Positions 23,453 through 25,777 of a stretch of DNA of 25,777 nucleotides are shown here, piece after piece. This DNA comes from a virus: UHGV virus genome UHGV-1341054. One strand, 5' to 3'. The position numbers were made by a program, and so were the translations under genes. Below the pieces are notes generated by a model. It saw nothing but the letters and a program-made list of their open reading frames with translations, searched no databases and was not told where the DNA came from. Every line of letters begins with the position of its first letter. The first letter of the stretch is position 1.

Positions 23453-25389
23453 TAAGCACCTCCCTGCTGAATTTCAGCCAGAATATTGATCAGGTAGTCA
23501 ACGGCTGCACCTACAGTTGCTTCGTTCTCGTCATATCGACCAGCACTGATAAGAGCGTTTGCAGCTTCCTGCACATGATCAAGTTCAGCACTTATGACCG
23601 TCAGATCGCGGGATGTGAACTGCTCCGGAACGGATTTCAGGTACTCAAGCGCTTTATCTGCTTCCTGGTCAGCTTCGCTTGCTGATTCACCCGCTTCTTC
23701 TGGCTCCGGCTCCTGTTCTGGTGCTGGTTGCGATTCTCGCTCAACTACAGGATCTGTTTTTACTTCGCTTGAATGATTTTGAAGGGCGTTATACACGTCC
23801 ATAATGAAAAGGTTCTCCCCATCACCAAGTGGATATGCCACGTTCGGGAACGCTTTGCGGAAAAGAATTTTAACTTGCGCCTTGAATGTTTTCAGGTCTC
23901 TTCCAAACAGATCTACATAGCCATCAATATGTTTTACCATGCTGGACGCAACCAGCTCGTTCGCCATCCCCTTCAGTTCATCGTCATCAGGCAGATAGCG
24001 TAATTCATACTGGCTGACTTCTTTATCTGTCAGTTTTCGGTCATAAGTAATTATCCCGTGACGAGCATATTCGTAATACGGATCCGCCTGGTCAGGACGG
24101 TCAAGTACGCCTTTATTTCCTTCCGGTACCGCACCTACAGCCGCCGGACGGGATTGCAGTGCATAGCGATATTTACCTACATCCTGAGTCTCTGGCTGTG
24201 ATACTGATTGCGGCCCAGGTTGTGGTTCTGGATCTGGTTGTAGTTCCGGCTGAACGGATGGCTCTGGCTGGCCTGGCAACACATCCACTTTGTATTGTTC
24301 AGCTTTATGTTCGCGATAGGCTTTCAGTAGTTTTGTTGCGGCATCAGCCTTGCTCTGACCATTAACGTCGCTTGCTTTAATGCTGTAGTTGCCTTCTGGT
24401 GCTGCTATGGTGACATAATTATCAGCACCAGTGCTGACGTACATAACCTCGGCTCCATTATCAAGCGTCGCTCGACCTTCGGTAGAAAGATTGCTTTTCA
24501 CCCGGCGCAACTGGTCGTTGAACGCTCGTTCCGGTTTCACCTTTTCTTTTGCTGATTTAAGTTGATCACGTTTGGCCTGCAACTGTGCATTAAGTGCTTT
24601 CTGGTCATCTAATTTTTTTTGCAGTTCGACAAGGCTTTCTCGCTTTTCAGCTAAACCTTGTTGCGCTGTATCTACCTGGCCAATCAATACAGAACGCTCT
24701 TCTGCCAATTTGTCGGCTTCATTTAGATAACCGTCAATATCTGCCTTCATTTTGTCCTGACGGGCTTTAGCTTTTTTGAACTTTTCACTATTGCGCTCAA
24801 TCAGGTTCGATAGCGCCTGGCATACCTGACTCAATGAAACATCTCGTCCGCCGATGGGGGCTACTACATGAGTTACATTGCGTTTATTAAGCAGGAACTG
24901 GAAAGCCACCAGTTCATCGCTGCTTTTAATCTTTGCACTGTCTGCCGTGGGGGAATGGAAGATAATGCTGGTGGTCTGACCGTCAGTAAGCGGGATAAGT
25001 GCCGTTAATACCGGAATGTTTGCTACCCGACGAACACGACCGATTATCGCTCCACCAATGCTGTTTCGCCCATTCTCATCTTCGCCAACTTCATCAGTAC
25101 CGGCAGATATATTTGTACCGTTGAGGCCTCGGTTTAGTGAGCGGACAAATGCCCGCATGGTCTGCGCAAGCCTGATCCTCGTCGTTGTGATGGATTCAAA
25201 CATCGCCTCATCGCTTTCAACGAGAATTTCATTACCCATATAGGCGAGTTCGATGTCTTCAAGCGTAGCGGCTTCGAGGAGAAGGTCATCATCAGTAAGC
25301 TCTTCACGACTCCATCTTCCTGGGACGTACCCCGTCAACGTGTCAGCAAAGGTGGACTGAATATTTATACGAATAGGATTTTTAATCAT
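23452..25389 (-). CDS. Hypothetical protein, 645 aa, with central coiled coil and P/E/Q-rich linkers
   Basis: Long ORF; coiled-coil stretch around KLAEERSVLIGQ...LQAKRDQLKS; linkers PGQPEPSVQPELQPDPEPQPGPQ and ESQPAPEQEPEPEE; start overlaps the stop of the upstream gene (ATGA). Confidence 0.65.
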   Translation of the reverse strand: MIKNPIRINIQSTFADTLTGYVPGRWSREELTDDDLLLEAATLEDIELAYMGNEILVESDEAMFESITTTRIRLAQTMRAFVRSLNRGLNGTNISAGTDEVGEDENGRNSIGGAIIGRVRRVANIPVLTALIPLTDGQTTSIIFHSPTADSAKIKSSDELVAFQFLLNKRNVTHVVAPIGGRDVSLSQVCQALSNLIERNSEKFKKAKARQDKMKADIDGYLNEADKLAEERSVLIGQVDTAQQGLAEKRESLVELQKKLDDQKALNAQLQAKRDQLKSAKEKVKPERAFNDQLRRVKSNLSTEGRATLDNGAEVMYVSTGADNYVTIAAPEGNYSIKASDVNGQSKADAATKLLKAYREHKAEQYKVDVLPGQPEPSVQPELQPDPEPQPGPQSVSQPETQDVGKYRYALQSRPAAVGAVPEGNKGVLDRPDQADPYYEYARHGIITYDRKLTDKEVSQYELRYLPDDDELKGMANELVASSMVKHIDGYVDLFGRDLKTFKAQVKILFRKAFPNVAYPLGDGENLFIMDVYNALQNHSSEVKTDPVVERESQPAPEQEPEPEEAGESASEADQEADKALEYLKSVPEQFTSRDLTVISAELDHVQEAANALISAGRYDENEATVGAAVDYLINILAEIQQGGA

Positions 25390-25664
25390 GCTTCATCCTC
25401 CAGCCGTGCTATCTCTTCTTTCAGCGAGCGTGTTTGGGCTTGCTCTTGTGCCAAAGCAGCTTTGACATTTCCAATCTCCTGGGTGGTTTTATCGGAGTTG
25501 CCCTGTACCTGCGTCAGTTTTTCTTTCGCCTGCGCTATATCCTCCTGGATTGAATCACGCGCCTGTTTTGCTTCCGCAAGTTTCTGTGAATTCGATTTCA
25601 CACCCTGACGTTTTTTGTTGTCGTCATCAATATTCTTCGCGGCTCTGGCGAGTTTACGTGCCAA
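25386..25664 (-). CDS. Coiled-coil protein, at least 92 aa (TTG start as given; true start uncertain)
   Basis: K/E/Q/A-rich heptad-like sequence. Protein-like translation continues upstream of the TTG to an in-frame TAG at 25755-25757 with no intervening start codon. Confidence 0.4.
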   Translation of the reverse strand: MARKLARAAKNIDDDNKKRQGVKSNSQKLAEAKQARDSIQEDIAQAKEKLTQVQGNSDKTTQEIGNVKAALAQEQAQTRSLKEEIARLEDEA

Positions 25665-25777
25665 CGTTTTTTGGAATGATGTTGCGCCACGATTGAATAA
25701 CCCAGCGATTGACTGGCCTAATGCAGCCAGGGTTTTGACTGGTTTGAACGGAACTATTTTCCCGTTAAGTTTGATAC

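Noticed and set aside
1-25777. Assigning the window to phage P1 itself
   Set aside because: The pac repeat sequence and the gene order around the giant gene differ from what I recall for P1. Only P1-like relatedness is claimed, and it needs a database search.

Overview
This window reads as part of a P1-like, pac-type phage or phage-plasmid genome, transcribed almost entirely on the minus strand. No searches were run; all protein calls rest on motifs read from the translations plus recalled family knowledge, and relatedness to P1 itself is an inference. Main content: (1) a packaging module at the left end, with a partial terminase large subunit, a small subunit gene, and a GATC-rich pac-like repeat cluster inside the latter; (2) a ~3 kb protein-poor region (3750-6740) holding three tRNA genes (Ile-CAU, Thr-UGU, Asn-GUU), two tandem small hydrophobic ORFs, and a family of long hairpins with conserved arms, which is the best candidate here for something undescribed; (3) a 2280-aa methyltransferase plus SF2-helicase protein (DarB-like antirestriction), followed by small genes including a VRR-NUC nuclease; (4) a plus-strand TIGR02594-type hydrolase, an HTH Rep-like gene, and a block of large probable virion or morphogenesis genes at the right end. 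A recurring AATTTCTAACA motif marks several intergenic regions. Two runs of 10 N interrupt one CDS.
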